From the NCBI GenBank assembly GCA_965215275.1, contig OZ244044.1:1536001-1600000 (forward strand): 64,000 bases of DNA. The letters run 5' to 3'. The notes under the pieces were generated by a model that ran no database searches, was not told the DNA's origin, and saw nothing but the letters and a program-made list of their open reading frames with translations. Positions 41,745-51,953 of this stretch are shown here, piece by piece (within the stretch, counting starts at the first letter, position 1; each line of letters starts with the position of its first letter). Source of the stretch: Thermodesulfobacteriota bacterium (GTDB lineage: Bacteria > Desulfobacterota_D > UBA1144 > Nemesobacterales > JAJCZQ01). The position numbers and the translations under genes were made by a program.

Positions 41745-42601
41745 AAAAATCCGGACTGGGCAGAGGACTGGACGCTTTAATACCGCGGAGGGATACGGAA
41801 GATACCCAGACCGGTACCGGTGTAAGAACGCTCCCGATAGAAAGGCTCATACCCAATAAACTGCAGCCTAGAAAGACGTTCGACGGCTCATCTATCGAAG
41901 AACTTGCAGAGTCAATAAAGGAACAGGGCATCCTTCAGCCTCTTTTAGTGAGAAAAAAAGGTGACCTGTATGAAATAATAGCAGGAGAAAGGAGATGGAG
42001 AGCATCTCAGGTGGCTGGGATCAGGAACGTACCTGTAATGGTCAGTGAGCTGGACGAAACGGAAATGCTTGAGGTCGCACTTGTGGAAAATCTTCAACGT
42101 GAGGACCTCAATCCGATCGAAGAAGGGGAAGCGTATCAGCAGTTGATAGATAACCACGGGCTGACCCATGAAGATATATCAAAAAGAATAGGGAAAAACA
42201 GATCAACTATATCGAATCAGCTACGCCTTCTGAAGTTGTCCGTTAATGCAAAAGAGGCTTTGATGTCCGGTCTGATCTCCTCCGGTCATGCACGTGCCCT
42301 TGTTACTTTGGAAGATCATACTGAAATAGATAAGGTGCTCAATACTGTAATTCAGAAAAAATTATCTGTCAGACAAACTGAAAATCAGGTTAAGTCCTTA
42401 AAGAAATTAAAGTCATCCGACCAGAAAAGTGAAGATACCTCATCGGGGAACGATGTATTTATAAACACCTTGATAGAGGAACTTAAAAGAGCACTGGGGA
42501 CCAAAGTCCGTATAAAGGGTAAAAGAGGCACGGGTAAGATCGAGATCCAGTACTATTCCGAGGATGAGTTTGAAAGATTAATAGAACTTCTCACTAAGTA
42601 A
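41741..42601 (+). CDS. parB: Chromosome partitioning protein ParB/Spo0J
   Basis: GLGRGLDALI, QPRK, IIAGERRWRA, ENLQREDLNPIEE. Confidence 0.96.
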   Translation: MKKSGLGRGLDALIPRRDTEDTQTGTGVRTLPIERLIPNKLQPRKTFDGSSIEELAESIKEQGILQPLLVRKKGDLYEIIAGERRWRASQVAGIRNVPVMVSELDETEMLEVALVENLQREDLNPIEEGEAYQQLIDNHGLTHEDISKRIGKNRSTISNQLRLLKLSVNAKEALMSGLISSGHARALVTLEDHTEIDKVLNTVIQKKLSVRQTENQVKSLKKLKSSDQKSEDTSSGNDVFINTLIEELKRALGTKVRIKGKRGTGKIEIQYYSEDEFERLIELLTK

Positions 42602-42636
42602 ACAGTGTCGTTTAGTGACGTCAACGTGGAATTTCA

Positions 42637-42900
42637 ATGAAAAAATTTCTGGCCAGAGTTGAAGTGAGATTGAAGCCGGTCGTTCTGGACCCTCAGGGAA
42701 AGACGGTCCTTTCCGCTCTTCACAATCTTGGTTATGAACAGGTTACAGATTTGAGGATTGGAAAACTTATAGAGCTGAAACTTAAAGCCGACTCCTTGAA
42801 TGAAGCAAATGGTTTGGTGGACGATATGTGTAATAAACTGCTGACGAACACCGTGATCGAGTTCTATACCGTTAATATTGAAGAGGAGCATAGTGGCTAA
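42637..42900 (+). CDS. purS: FGAM synthase subunit PurS
   Basis: LKPVVLDPQG, RIGK, LLTNTVIE. Confidence 0.95.
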   Translation: MKKFLARVEVRLKPVVLDPQGKTVLSALHNLGYEQVTDLRIGKLIELKLKADSLNEANGLVDDMCNKLLTNTVIEFYTVNIEEEHSG

Positions 42901-43591
42901 GTTCGGAGTTGTGGTGTTTCCCGGTTCCAACTGTGACCGGGACTGCTATTACGTACTTAAAGATTTTTTACGTCAGAGTTGTGAATATATCTGGCATCAG
43001 GACACCTGTCTGGATGATCTTGACTGTATATTGATCCCAGGTGGTTTTTCCTACGGTGATTATCTCAGAACGGGGGCTATAGCCAGATTTTCTCCGATTA
43101 TGGGAGCAGTAAAGGAATTTGCTGAAAATGGAAAACCTGTAATTGGAATATGTAATGGATTTCAGATATTAGTTGAATCTGGGATACTTCAGGGAGCATT
43201 TGTAAAAAATTATTCATTAAAATTCGTTTGCAGGTGGACAAACCTTCTGGTTGAAAACACCGATACACCTTTTACTTGTAACTTAAAAAAGGGCGACATT
43301 ATGAGGATCCCTGTTGCACATGGGCAGGGAAATTTCTACGTTTCTGACAAGCAGCTTAAAGCTTTGAAAGAAGGTTCACAAGTGGTGTTCAGGTATTGTG
43401 ATGAAAAAGGCAATACCGGTGTCAATGATAACCCCAACGGTTCTACTTACAGTATTGCGGGAATTTGTAACCCTGATCTCAATGTAGTTGGGATGATGCC
43501 ACATCCCGAACGGTCGTGTGAAGATATAATTGGTGGTAGTCAGGGTCGGTTGATCTTTGAATCAGTCCTTTCATGGATAAAGTCTCATTAA
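42893..43591 (+). CDS. purQ: FGAM synthase subunit PurQ
   Basis: VFPGSNCD, GGFSYGDYLR, GICNGFQ, MMPHPER; GTG start after GAGGAG. Confidence 0.96.
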   Translation: MAKFGVVVFPGSNCDRDCYYVLKDFLRQSCEYIWHQDTCLDDLDCILIPGGFSYGDYLRTGAIARFSPIMGAVKEFAENGKPVIGICNGFQILVESGILQGAFVKNYSLKFVCRWTNLLVENTDTPFTCNLKKGDIMRIPVAHGQGNFYVSDKQLKALKEGSQVVFRYCDEKGNTGVNDNPNGSTYSIAGICNPDLNVVGMMPHPERSCEDIIGGSQGRLIFESVLSWIKSH

Positions 43592-43655
43592 CTGTCTGCA
43601 CAAGTACGGGTATAGATCTTCAGGTAATTCTCATAGACGTTACAGGAGATCACAC

Positions 43656-43685
43656 TTGACATCCGTTCATAATACTTGGTAAAAT
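43656..43685 (+). promoter_or_regulatory. Sigma70 promoter of paralog 3
   Basis: TTGACA-18bp-TAAAAT, near-identical to 25098-25127. Confidence 0.7.
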
Positions 43686-43731
43686 ATCAATGTTATGAAA
43701 AATCCAAACATAAAAACACATAGTTCCATTA

Positions 43732-43741
43732 CCCCCCCCCC
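43732..43741 (+). repeat. Poly-C tract 1 (C10) in leader of paralog 3
   Basis: Counted directly; keeps ATG 43695 in frame with ATG 43788. Confidence 0.85.
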
Positions 43742-43802
43742 GTGTATACCTGAACTTTCAGCCTGGTATAAGTATTCTGTAAGAGCAATGTTTAAGATAA
43801 TA

Positions 43803-43811
43803 CCCCCCCCC
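43803..43811 (+). repeat. Poly-C tract 2 (C9) in signal-peptide region of paralog 3
   Basis: Leads to TAA 43815-43817; C8 or C11 restores PPPSKSLLTLVLFLLFILVIAAKGQ in frame with 43915. Confidence 0.85.
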
Positions 43812-43914
43812 ATCTAAGTCGTTACTAACCTTAGTCTTATTTCTTCTGTTTATACTGGTAATAGCTGCAAAAGGGCAGAGCAGCCTGGAAGAAACATTAT
43901 CTGAATGCAGAGGT

Positions 43915-46900
43915 ATGAGTTCAGACACGGAAGATCCGTTATACGGATGTCAGTGGCATCTGAAGAACACTGGGCAGTTAAGTATTTCCGGAAAGGAAAT
44001 AACAGCAGGAGAAGATATAAACATAGAGGGAGTGTGGAACGAAGACGTATATGGTTCTGGAATTAACGTAGCAGTAGTAAGTGACGGCATCGACCTTTCA
44101 CATGAGGACCTTACTGCAAACGTCCGTTCCGGACTGAACTATGATCTGTCTGACAGTTCATCTTTTAGTGGGACACGAGCGGCAGGAGTAACAGCAGCAA
44201 CTGGATATAACGGACTGGGAGTAAGAGGAACAGCACCGGGTGCGAGTATATACAGTTACAGGTTATCCGGTGATCTCAGAGAAGCGGACGCGGTGGTCCG
44301 TAATAAGGAAATAACTGCAGTATTGGTTAACGGCCGGGGATATGAGGAAGGAGCTTTTTTTCAGGAGGCTTTGGCTGAGTGGGAAGAAGGAGTGGAACTT
44401 GGAATAAGAGAAGGGTTTTATGGTAAAGGTGTGTTTTACGTCCGGGGAGCAGGGGACGGTCATGAGAATAACGATCAGGCTAATTTTTCTGAATATTCAA
44501 ACTATTACGGAGTAACGGCCGTTTGTTCAACTGACGGTTTTGGAAAGAAGAGTATATTTTCAGAAGAGGGAGTAAATCTATGGGTATGTGCACCTGGTTC
44601 TGATATTGTAACTACAGATAACAACAACGATTACGTTGTAACATCCGGAACTGTCCTTTCAGCTTCACAGGTTGGAGGAGTGGCAGCACTGCTGAGAGAG
44701 ATAAATGGACAGCTGAGCTGGAGGGATATAAAGCTTATACTTGCGGGTTCAGCACGGCAGAACGATTTTTTTGATATGAGCTGGGAGACTGGAGCTGTTA
44801 AATACGGTTCTGATACGGAAAGATATAAATATAATCCTAAGTATGGTTTTGGCGTGGTAGACGCAGAAGCAGCTGCAGAACTTGCAAAAAGCTGGAAAGG
44901 CGTTGGAGAGATGAGGACCATTACAGCTTCTTCAGATAATGAGATAACAATTCCTGATGGAGAAGGAGATGGAGAAGGAGAAGCAGACGGGATCCTTGTT
45001 TCCAGACTTATGATACCGGACCTTGAAGAAATATTTACGGAATTCGTTGAAGTAGAACTTGTTTTTTCTCATGACCGCTTACAGGACCTTGATATAAAAA
45101 TAACTTCTCCTTCTGGGATTGTTTCGGAACTTGTCCGGGAGTTTTCAGGGGAGGAAGAAGATGCTGATATCAGTTACCTGAGAAGAACACATCGTTTCGG
45201 GTCGGCAAAGCACCTCGGAGAAGACCCTTCCGGAGAATGGATCCTTCATATAACTGATACTGCTTATGGAGATGAAGAAAATGAAGAAAACACCGTTACC
45301 CTGCACTCATGGAGCGTTAAGGTGTATGGGCATGTTTTTTTATCAGACCGTGGCAAGGAGATAACTACTAAAGCTTTAACCTTCGGCAATCAGACGGTAG
45401 AAGATCAGGTGTGGGGTAACGGCAGCGCAGTAACGTTAACTCTGCCTGCTGCTACCGGAGGTAACGGAACTTTAAATTACAGTTTAACTCCTAATCCACC
45501 TCTTGGATTGACCTTTACCCAAGGCACCAGAACGTTAAGTGGAACGCTCAACGTCAGTGGACAACTACCCGTAACTACTACTTATACTTACAAGGTAACT
45601 GACGATGACGGAGATTCGGATACTCGCACCTTCTCTATTACTATAGAAGCTGATACAGAGCCGAGCTTTGGAGGTCAGTCTATCCCAAATCAGCTATATC
45701 TTGAAGGGACAACGTTAGGTCTTCCGGTAACGCTGCCTGAGGCAACGGGAGGGAATGGTCAGTTAAATTACAGTTTATCTCCTGCTTTACCAACTGGATT
45801 GGAATTTAATCCTGATATCAGAGTTATAAGCGGAACTCCAACTCAACATATAGTTATCCCTGAAACTTATACATATAAGGTAACGGACAATGACGGAGAT
45901 ACAGTTAATCTGAGGTTTCACCTGTCTGTATTATTCAACACCCGGCCAATCTTTGGTAACAGGATGATAACAGATAAGGTGTATTATACGTTTACAGGAG
46001 TAACGGAAACGTTACCTGAGGCAGCACAAAATAATAATCCACCTTCAACTTACAGTTTAGTTCCTGCATTACCTGATGGACTGATCTTTACCCCTGCTAC
46101 CAGAGAGATAACAGGAACACCGACCACTGCAATGTCTGAGACTGATTATACGTATACGGTTGCTGATCTAAATGGAGATACGGATGAGTTAACGTTCAGT
46201 ATCACTGTATTAGCAGGAGCAGACACGGAACCGACCTTCGGAAGTGAAACTATAGATAACAAGGTGTATATAAACGGAGAAGCAGTAAATGAAACACTGC
46301 CTGAAGCAACGTCAGGGAATGCTCCATTAACTTACAGCTTAACTAATACTGGGTTAACTATTTTGACTTTACATCGTGGATTGGATTATACAGACAGAGT
46401 TATAAGTGGAACACTCAATATCAATACTCCAAGAATACTTCCTCACACTTGGAGTTATACATATAAAGTAAGAGACAATAATGGAGATACAGCAGAGATA
46501 ATGTTCAGTATAACAATAGAAGAAGACAGCGAACCGGACTTCAGCGGTGTGACAATACCAGATCGTGTGTACACGGGGAGAACAATAGAGCTGCCAGAGG
46601 CAGCGGGAGGGAATTTACCGGTTACATACAGTATAACACCTGATCTGCCAGCTGGATTGAGATTTAACGAAGTAACGCGGGAAATAAGTGGGACACCCAG
46701 GAGTGCATCGACAAGGACTTACACGTATACGGCAACGGACAGGAATGGAAATACGGATACATTGGATTTCATGCTCAGTGTAGAGGTTACTTCTACTCCA
46801 GGACCAACACCACCACGAGGACCAAGAACGTCAGGTAGTGATTCAGGCGGAGGTGGAGGAGGATGTGCTGTATCAGAGCAAAGCAGCGTTGATGAAGATA

Positions 46901-46983
46901 TTCTCGGAGTAATGGCATGTCTGATACTTATACCCGTGTCAGTAGTGATAAGAAGGAAGAGAAGAGTTCAGATAAAGAACTAG
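43915..46983 (+). CDS. Surface protein paralog 3: inactive kexin-like S8 domain, P-domain, 5 Ig-like repeats, Gly6-Cys/TM tail; real start upstream across poly-C frameshift
   Basis: N-terminal half nearly identical to paralog 2; triad positions VAVVSDG, FSGTRAAG, SGTVLSA. Confidence 0.85.
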   Translation: MSSDTEDPLYGCQWHLKNTGQLSISGKEITAGEDINIEGVWNEDVYGSGINVAVVSDGIDLSHEDLTANVRSGLNYDLSDSSSFSGTRAAGVTAATGYNGLGVRGTAPGASIYSYRLSGDLREADAVVRNKEITAVLVNGRGYEEGAFFQEALAEWEEGVELGIREGFYGKGVFYVRGAGDGHENNDQANFSEYSNYYGVTAVCSTDGFGKKSIFSEEGVNLWVCAPGSDIVTTDNNNDYVVTSGTVLSASQVGGVAALLREINGQLSWRDIKLILAGSARQNDFFDMSWETGAVKYGSDTERYKYNPKYGFGVVDAEAAAELAKSWKGVGEMRTITASSDNEITIPDGEGDGEGEADGILVSRLMIPDLEEIFTEFVEVELVFSHDRLQDLDIKITSPSGIVSELVREFSGEEEDADISYLRRTHRFGSAKHLGEDPSGEWILHITDTAYGDEENEENTVTLHSWSVKVYGHVFLSDRGKEITTKALTFGNQTVEDQVWGNGSAVTLTLPAATGGNGTLNYSLTPNPPLGLTFTQGTRTLSGTLNVSGQLPVTTTYTYKVTDDDGDSDTRTFSITIEADTEPSFGGQSIPNQLYLEGTTLGLPVTLPEATGGNGQLNYSLSPALPTGLEFNPDIRVISGTPTQHIVIPETYTYKVTDNDGDTVNLRFHLSVLFNTRPIFGNRMITDKVYYTFTGVTETLPEAAQNNNPPSTYSLVPALPDGLIFTPATREITGTPTTAMSETDYTYTVADLNGDTDELTFSITVLAGADTEPTFGSETIDNKVYINGEAVNETLPEATSGNAPLTYSLTNTGLTILTLHRGLDYTDRVISGTLNINTPRILPHTWSYTYKVRDNNGDTAEIMFSITIEEDSEPDFSGVTIPDRVYTGRTIELPEAAGGNLPVTYSITPDLPAGLRFNEVTREISGTPRSASTRTYTYTATDRNGNTDTLDFMLSVEVTSTPGPTPPRGPRTSGSDSGGGGGGCAVSEQSSVDEDILGVMACLILIPVSVVIRRKRRVQIKN

Positions 46984-46996
46984 CAAATGCGGTTCT

Positions 46997-47068
46997 TTCC
47001 AGAACATTGAACTAATATCTTTCCCATCAAAATATATACTGGTTGCTTACGGGAGAAGACGCAGTATT
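46997..47068 (+). repeat. Direct repeat copy A (3' flank of paralog 3)
   Basis: Aligns with 51954-52028; core 47039-47068 matches 51999-52028 at 27/30. Confidence 0.8.
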
Positions 47069-47289
47069 TCTCTGTTAAAGTCCTCTTTTCTTTAGCTAAT
47101 CCATACACAGAAGCAAGTATGAAACCCTACTTAACTTTGATTTAGATACAGACCTGTATAACAAGCGTCTTAAATACCACAACCTTATCAAGGAATAATA
47201 GTGAGCAGAAAATCAAAGATAATTTTACTAATAGATGGGGATTTTGATCGCATTGATGCTTGTTTTTTTAATCTCGGGTAACATTGTAT

Positions 47290-47540
47290 ATGGTTCCCAG
47301 AATTTTCGATCATATGTGATAAACAGTATAGCTGGTTCTACAGGGAGACAACATTTTTATAATAATCCCCTAAAATTATTTACAGCACTAAAAATTACAA
47401 ATAAACAAATGATTGATTTACATAGCAAATCATCTGTTTTGTTTAACAAGGTAAGACAAGTTTTGGAAGAAACTAAAATACTACTATCTCTTTTGGATAT
47501 TCCCTTATCAAAATTAACCAAAACAGATATAACTGCATGA
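47290..47540 (+). pseudogene. Probable remnant of type I R-M specificity subunit (HsdS C-terminus)
   Basis: FRSYVINSIAGSTGRQ and LFNKV..ETKILLSLLDIPLSKL resemble the HsdS TRD end and conserved C-terminal helix; 5' boundary approximate. Confidence 0.45.
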
Positions 47541-48334
47541 CCATTGCCACCGGAACCATTCAATACCAATTAGGAACTGTGCCGGTCACCGGATGCGGTT
47601 TCTCTTATTCCGTTGCTGAATTGGACACAGCATTGTCCGGTTCCGTAGCAGAAATTTTACATGATGATTCTGGAAAGGCAGATATTAGGGCACTGCTTGC
47701 CGGGATTGTTGAAACTGATTTTGAAAAAGGCGAAATTGAACGGATTTTATCCAATACTAAACCGCCGGAAAACTGGCGTGTAGGTGAAGCACTGGCAGAG
47801 TCTTATTTAGTTCATCAAAAGAACTGCTTTTTCCCTTGGCCGAGTGGCCGTGACGAACGCAAGAGTGGTTCCAGTCTTTCCGGTGCAGACTTGATCGGTT
47901 TTCAATCTAACGGTACCGATGATTTTTTTGCATTCGGCGAGGTAAAAACATCGACTGAAAACAAATATCCTCCCGGAACTATGTATGGTCGCACAGGCTT
48001 GAAACAGCAGCTTGAGGATCTAAAATATGATGTACAAATAAAGGACGATATCTTTAGATATCTTGGCTTTCGTGCACAAAGATCAGCATGGAAAGACCGG
48101 TTCAAGAGAGCAGCAAAAAATTACATTCAAAGCAAAACCAATATTCGTGTTTTTGGTTTTATGGTCCGCGATGTAGAGCCCAATAAGGACGATATTCATA
48201 CTCGAGTAACTAAACTCGCCAAGGATCAGCACGCAGATATGGTGATTGAATTGCTTGTGCTTTATTTACCGCAAGACAGCATCGGGCAACTTAGTGATAA
48301 AGTTGTCAGTAGTAGACATGGAGGTGTTGTATGA
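47537..48334 (+). CDS. Hachiman HamA-like PD-(D/E)xK nuclease
   Basis: WRVGEALAE, GADLIG, FGEVKTS; ATGA-coupled to the Ski2-like helicase. Confidence 0.65.
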   Translation: MTIATGTIQYQLGTVPVTGCGFSYSVAELDTALSGSVAEILHDDSGKADIRALLAGIVETDFEKGEIERILSNTKPPENWRVGEALAESYLVHQKNCFFPWPSGRDERKSGSSLSGADLIGFQSNGTDDFFAFGEVKTSTENKYPPGTMYGRTGLKQQLEDLKYDVQIKDDIFRYLGFRAQRSAWKDRFKRAAKNYIQSKTNIRVFGFMVRDVEPNKDDIHTRVTKLAKDQHADMVIELLVLYLPQDSIGQLSDKVVSSRHGGVV

Positions 48335-51300
48335 ACGTAACAGAAGCATCTTTGGACAAAATTGATCAGCACTGGGCAGTTCAGGCCATTGGTGCCGAAC
48401 AACTCAAGCAGGCTTTTGAACTGTCTAACCGACTCTTCGTGGAAAAGACCGTGGGCGGTCAGATACATTTCAACTATACATTTTTACAGTCTGATTACGA
48501 GTTGCTCGACAGAGTTTCTATGGCTTACGAAATGGCAGCAATTGAAGGGTTAAATGATTTTCTGAACCCGACTTCCATTGAGAAGGAACTAAGAGAACAA
48601 TGCGCATCAGGTGCTTATCGGGCATTTGAAATTCGAAGGCTCTTTAATTTCCCTGCTACCAATGAACAACGGATTTTTCACGTTTTACACCTCTCGTCAT
48701 TGGCTTATTGCGGAGATAGGTGGACGGATCTACGCCGCTGGTACAACGAAAACGAAAACAGCATTCAGGTGCCTTCTGTTGCAAATGCCCCTTGGGACGG
48801 ACGTTTGCTCAATCGTCTGTTTGAATGCTGGATTCGGCTTTTCAGAAAAAAACGCTGGGACGACCTGGACCGTATCCGCGAGATCATTGCCGGGCTTAGA
48901 GAAGATCAGAAACAGTATGAGGCTGGAGTTCTGAACGAACCCAGTAATGCTGAAAACCACACTATGGCACTACGGCTCATAAGTCTGTATCACTGGGCCA
49001 AAGCTACGGAAATTCTAGCTAAATATATGCTGCAAGGTGAACCGGCCAGTGTTGCCACTTTGTTGAACAAACATTTTGAATCAGCTATCGAATCCTCTGC
49101 AGACAGTGCCGACTCACAACTCGAAATATTGTTAAGGTGGTTGCAAATTGCAAGTCGTCAGATGATCACTGATTCCATCTGGTGGGTCGCAAGTCGAATC
49201 AATACCCGCGTCACAAAATTTATAAATGAAGTAACCAAGCAGCAGGCTTTGTTCGAATTATTACCGCCGCAGCGAGCTGCTATTCAGGAACATGGGTTGC
49301 TTGATCAAGCTGCAACCGCCATCGTTGTTGATATGCCAACCTCGGGTGGTAAAACATTGCTTGCTCAGTTCCGAATATTGCAGACTCTCAATCAGTTTAG
49401 TCAAGATGAATTAGATAAAGGATGGGTGGCTTATGTGGCCCCGACAAAAGCTCTTACCGCACAAATAACTCGAAGCCTCAGACGTGATTTTGAACCAATC
49501 GGGGTAAAGGTTGAGCAACTCACTGGAGCCATTGAGATTGATACTTTTGAGGAAGACCTTTTAGCACAGACAGAAAAAACTGATGCCTTCGATGTTTTAG
49601 TCGCTACGCCGGAGAAACTGCAACTTATCATTCGCAACAAAAAGGTGACTCGCCCTCTGGCTCTTGTTGTCATGGATGAGGCTCATAATATTGAGGATGA
49701 AACCCGTGGATTAAGAATTGAATTATTGCTGGCAACGATCAAGGGTGAATGCAGCACGGCCAACTTTTTACTGCTGATGCCTTTTGTTGAGAATCCAGAA
49801 ATTCTTGCCCGTTGGCTCGCGCAGGATATCAACGCCGGGCGATCAATAAGTTTTGGAACGACACCATGGAAGCCTAATGAAAGAATTGTGGGTATGTTCA
49901 AGGCGGAAGCCGATGACTCCGTCAAGGCTGGATGGCGCCTGAAATATGAAACTCTTACCACCACGCCAAAGACTATTCATCTCTCAGGTGAACATACTGT
50001 GGGTGGAGTGAAACCTCTAAATTTCTCGAAAAGCAAAGTTCTGAAAAAAAACAAACAAGATAAAATAACTTGGCAGACTGCGGCAATGGCTCGAATTATG
50101 TCTGATCGTGGAACAAGTATTGCTGTAGCCAATAATACCGACTGGGTTTGGAACATGGCTCGAAAAATTTGTGAGACCTTGGAACCATTCAATTCGCTTC
50201 CTAATGAAATCTTGCTGGTCCAGAATTTTCTTCGAACAGAAATAAGCACTAATTTTGAACTTATCAATATGCTCTCTCATGGTGTAGGGGTTCATCATGC
50301 CGGACTGTCCGATGAAGTTAGAACCCTTATGGAGTGGCTTGCTGAAGAAGGAAAGTTGCGGGTGCTTTGTGCAACAACAACTATTGCACAGGGCTTAAAC
50401 TTTCCGGTTTCATCCGTCTTTTTAGCTTCGAACAAATATCAATATGGGAAAGAAATGTCGCCTCGTGAGTTCTGGAACCTCGCGGGCCGTGCAGGTCGTA
50501 TGAAAAACGACAGCGTAGGTGTTGTTGGTCTTGCTGCTGGCAATGAACCTGATAAAATAATTGACTATGTATCCCGTGCAACTGGTGCACTTGCCTCCCG
50601 TTTGGTGATGATGCTTGATGAACTTGAACAGGCAGGAAAGTTGAATGAGTTGGAGGCTGTTTTTCAAAATGAACAATGGGAAGATTTTCGTTGCTATGTC
50701 GCACATCTCTGGAATGAAAAGAAAAACCTTGATGCGGTTCTTTTAGATACAGAGCAACTTCTCAGAAACACCCTTGGATATGGATGGCTCGAAAGCCAAA
50801 CTGATCAGAAGCAGAAAGCCGAAAAACTTCTGGAAGTTACCAAAGAATATGCTAGAACCCTCTCAGAAAATCCTGGACATGCGTCGCTTGCCGATATGAC
50901 AGGCTTCTCCCCAGAAGGTATCGGCCAAGCGTTAGCTGGAATAAACTCTCTGGAAAATAAACTCACGGTTGATGACTGGAAACCTAACAGTCTATTTGGC
51001 GGGCAGTCCGGCATGGCTGATCTCTATGGGGTTATGCTGCGGATTCCGCAGTTGAAAGGCAACCTTGAAGAGATTACCAATCGAGGACTTAAGCACAGCC
51101 AAATAGCAGACATTACCAAAGCATGGGTTAACGGTAAAAGCATTGAGGAGATCGCAAGAGATTTTTTCAAGGGTGATGAAGATCAGACAAAGGCTCTAAC
51201 TTTAGCGTGTAAAGCAATCTACAAAACTCTGGTGAATAACGGGACTTGGGGAATATCAGCATTAAGTCGCTTGTCAGGACTTGATTTTGATCAATTGTCG

Positions 51301-51591
51301 GAGTCTGAAAAACGCCAGATTAATATCATTCCCGCAATGATTTATTACGGAGTTAAATCAGAAGAAGGCATTTTGTTACGCATGAACTCTGTGCCAAGAA
51401 GTATTGCGGAATCTCTTGGTACCGTCATGAAAGATTCAGTATCCAAGGAGAACTGTACTGTTCAGGACGCACGATTGTTTTTGAAAGAATCTGATATGTC
51501 TGCGTGGGATAAGGCTATCCCACAAGCATCATCTCTGTCTGGAGAGGAATATAAGCGAATTTGGAAAATACTTTCAGGAAAAGATAGATGA
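48331..51591 (+). CDS. Hachiman HamB-like Ski2-type SF2 helicase with long N-terminal helical domain
   Basis: MPTSGGKT, ATPEK, DEAH, HHAGL, ATTTIAQGLNFP, NLAGRAGR. Confidence 0.8.
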   Translation: MNVTEASLDKIDQHWAVQAIGAEQLKQAFELSNRLFVEKTVGGQIHFNYTFLQSDYELLDRVSMAYEMAAIEGLNDFLNPTSIEKELREQCASGAYRAFEIRRLFNFPATNEQRIFHVLHLSSLAYCGDRWTDLRRWYNENENSIQVPSVANAPWDGRLLNRLFECWIRLFRKKRWDDLDRIREIIAGLREDQKQYEAGVLNEPSNAENHTMALRLISLYHWAKATEILAKYMLQGEPASVATLLNKHFESAIESSADSADSQLEILLRWLQIASRQMITDSIWWVASRINTRVTKFINEVTKQQALFELLPPQRAAIQEHGLLDQAATAIVVDMPTSGGKTLLAQFRILQTLNQFSQDELDKGWVAYVAPTKALTAQITRSLRRDFEPIGVKVEQLTGAIEIDTFEEDLLAQTEKTDAFDVLVATPEKLQLIIRNKKVTRPLALVVMDEAHNIEDETRGLRIELLLATIKGECSTANFLLLMPFVENPEILARWLAQDINAGRSISFGTTPWKPNERIVGMFKAEADDSVKAGWRLKYETLTTTPKTIHLSGEHTVGGVKPLNFSKSKVLKKNKQDKITWQTAAMARIMSDRGTSIAVANNTDWVWNMARKICETLEPFNSLPNEILLVQNFLRTEISTNFELINMLSHGVGVHHAGLSDEVRTLMEWLAEEGKLRVLCATTTIAQGLNFPVSSVFLASNKYQYGKEMSPREFWNLAGRAGRMKNDSVGVVGLAAGNEPDKIIDYVSRATGALASRLVMMLDELEQAGKLNELEAVFQNEQWEDFRCYVAHLWNEKKNLDAVLLDTEQLLRNTLGYGWLESQTDQKQKAEKLLEVTKEYARTLSENPGHASLADMTGFSPEGIGQALAGINSLENKLTVDDWKPNSLFGGQSGMADLYGVMLRIPQLKGNLEEITNRGLKHSQIADITKAWVNGKSIEEIARDFFKGDEDQTKALTLACKAIYKTLVNNGTWGISALSRLSGLDFDQLSESEKRQINIIPAMIYYGVKSEEGILLRMNSVPRSIAESLGTVMKDSVSKENCTVQDARLFLKESDMSAWDKAIPQASSLSGEEYKRIWKILSGKDR

Positions 51592-51860
51592 ACACTAAAC
51601 TTACAGAGAAAAAACTAGAACTTGCAATAATCAAACTTCTGAAAGTTGAAGGCTACAAGCACATTCTTATACAAACTATTGCAAGAAAAACCAATAAAGT
51701 GCTATCCGCGAAGTGACCACCATTCATGATGTTTATGTCTAGCTGACAACCCAGTACCACCGGGATATTATAGAGTTTTTAAATACAATGCGATTTGTAT
51801 GATTAGCGACGGAAGCAATAATAAGGCTGGTTCTCCTTACGGGTTTTTTCTATGCATGGG
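51588..51860 (+). pseudogene. hsdR: Type I R-M restriction subunit (HsdR) N-terminal remnant
   Basis: MNTKLTEKKLELAIIKLLKVEGYKH, then after a deletion TIHDVYV*LTTQYHRDI and, after a frameshift, KYNAICMISDGSNNKAGS, resembling the HsdR N-domain; end approximate. Confidence 0.65.
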
Positions 51861-51953
51861 ACAAAATCTATGGCACAAATCTTGTTGAAAAATGGAATTG
51901 ATGACTCTATGTTATGATGGTTAAAGGGATATTCAATTTGCATCTGTAAACTG

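Noticed and set aside
42618..42636. parS site after parB
   Set aside because: Only about 10/16 match to the TGTTNCACGTGAAACA consensus; other partial hits are equally poor
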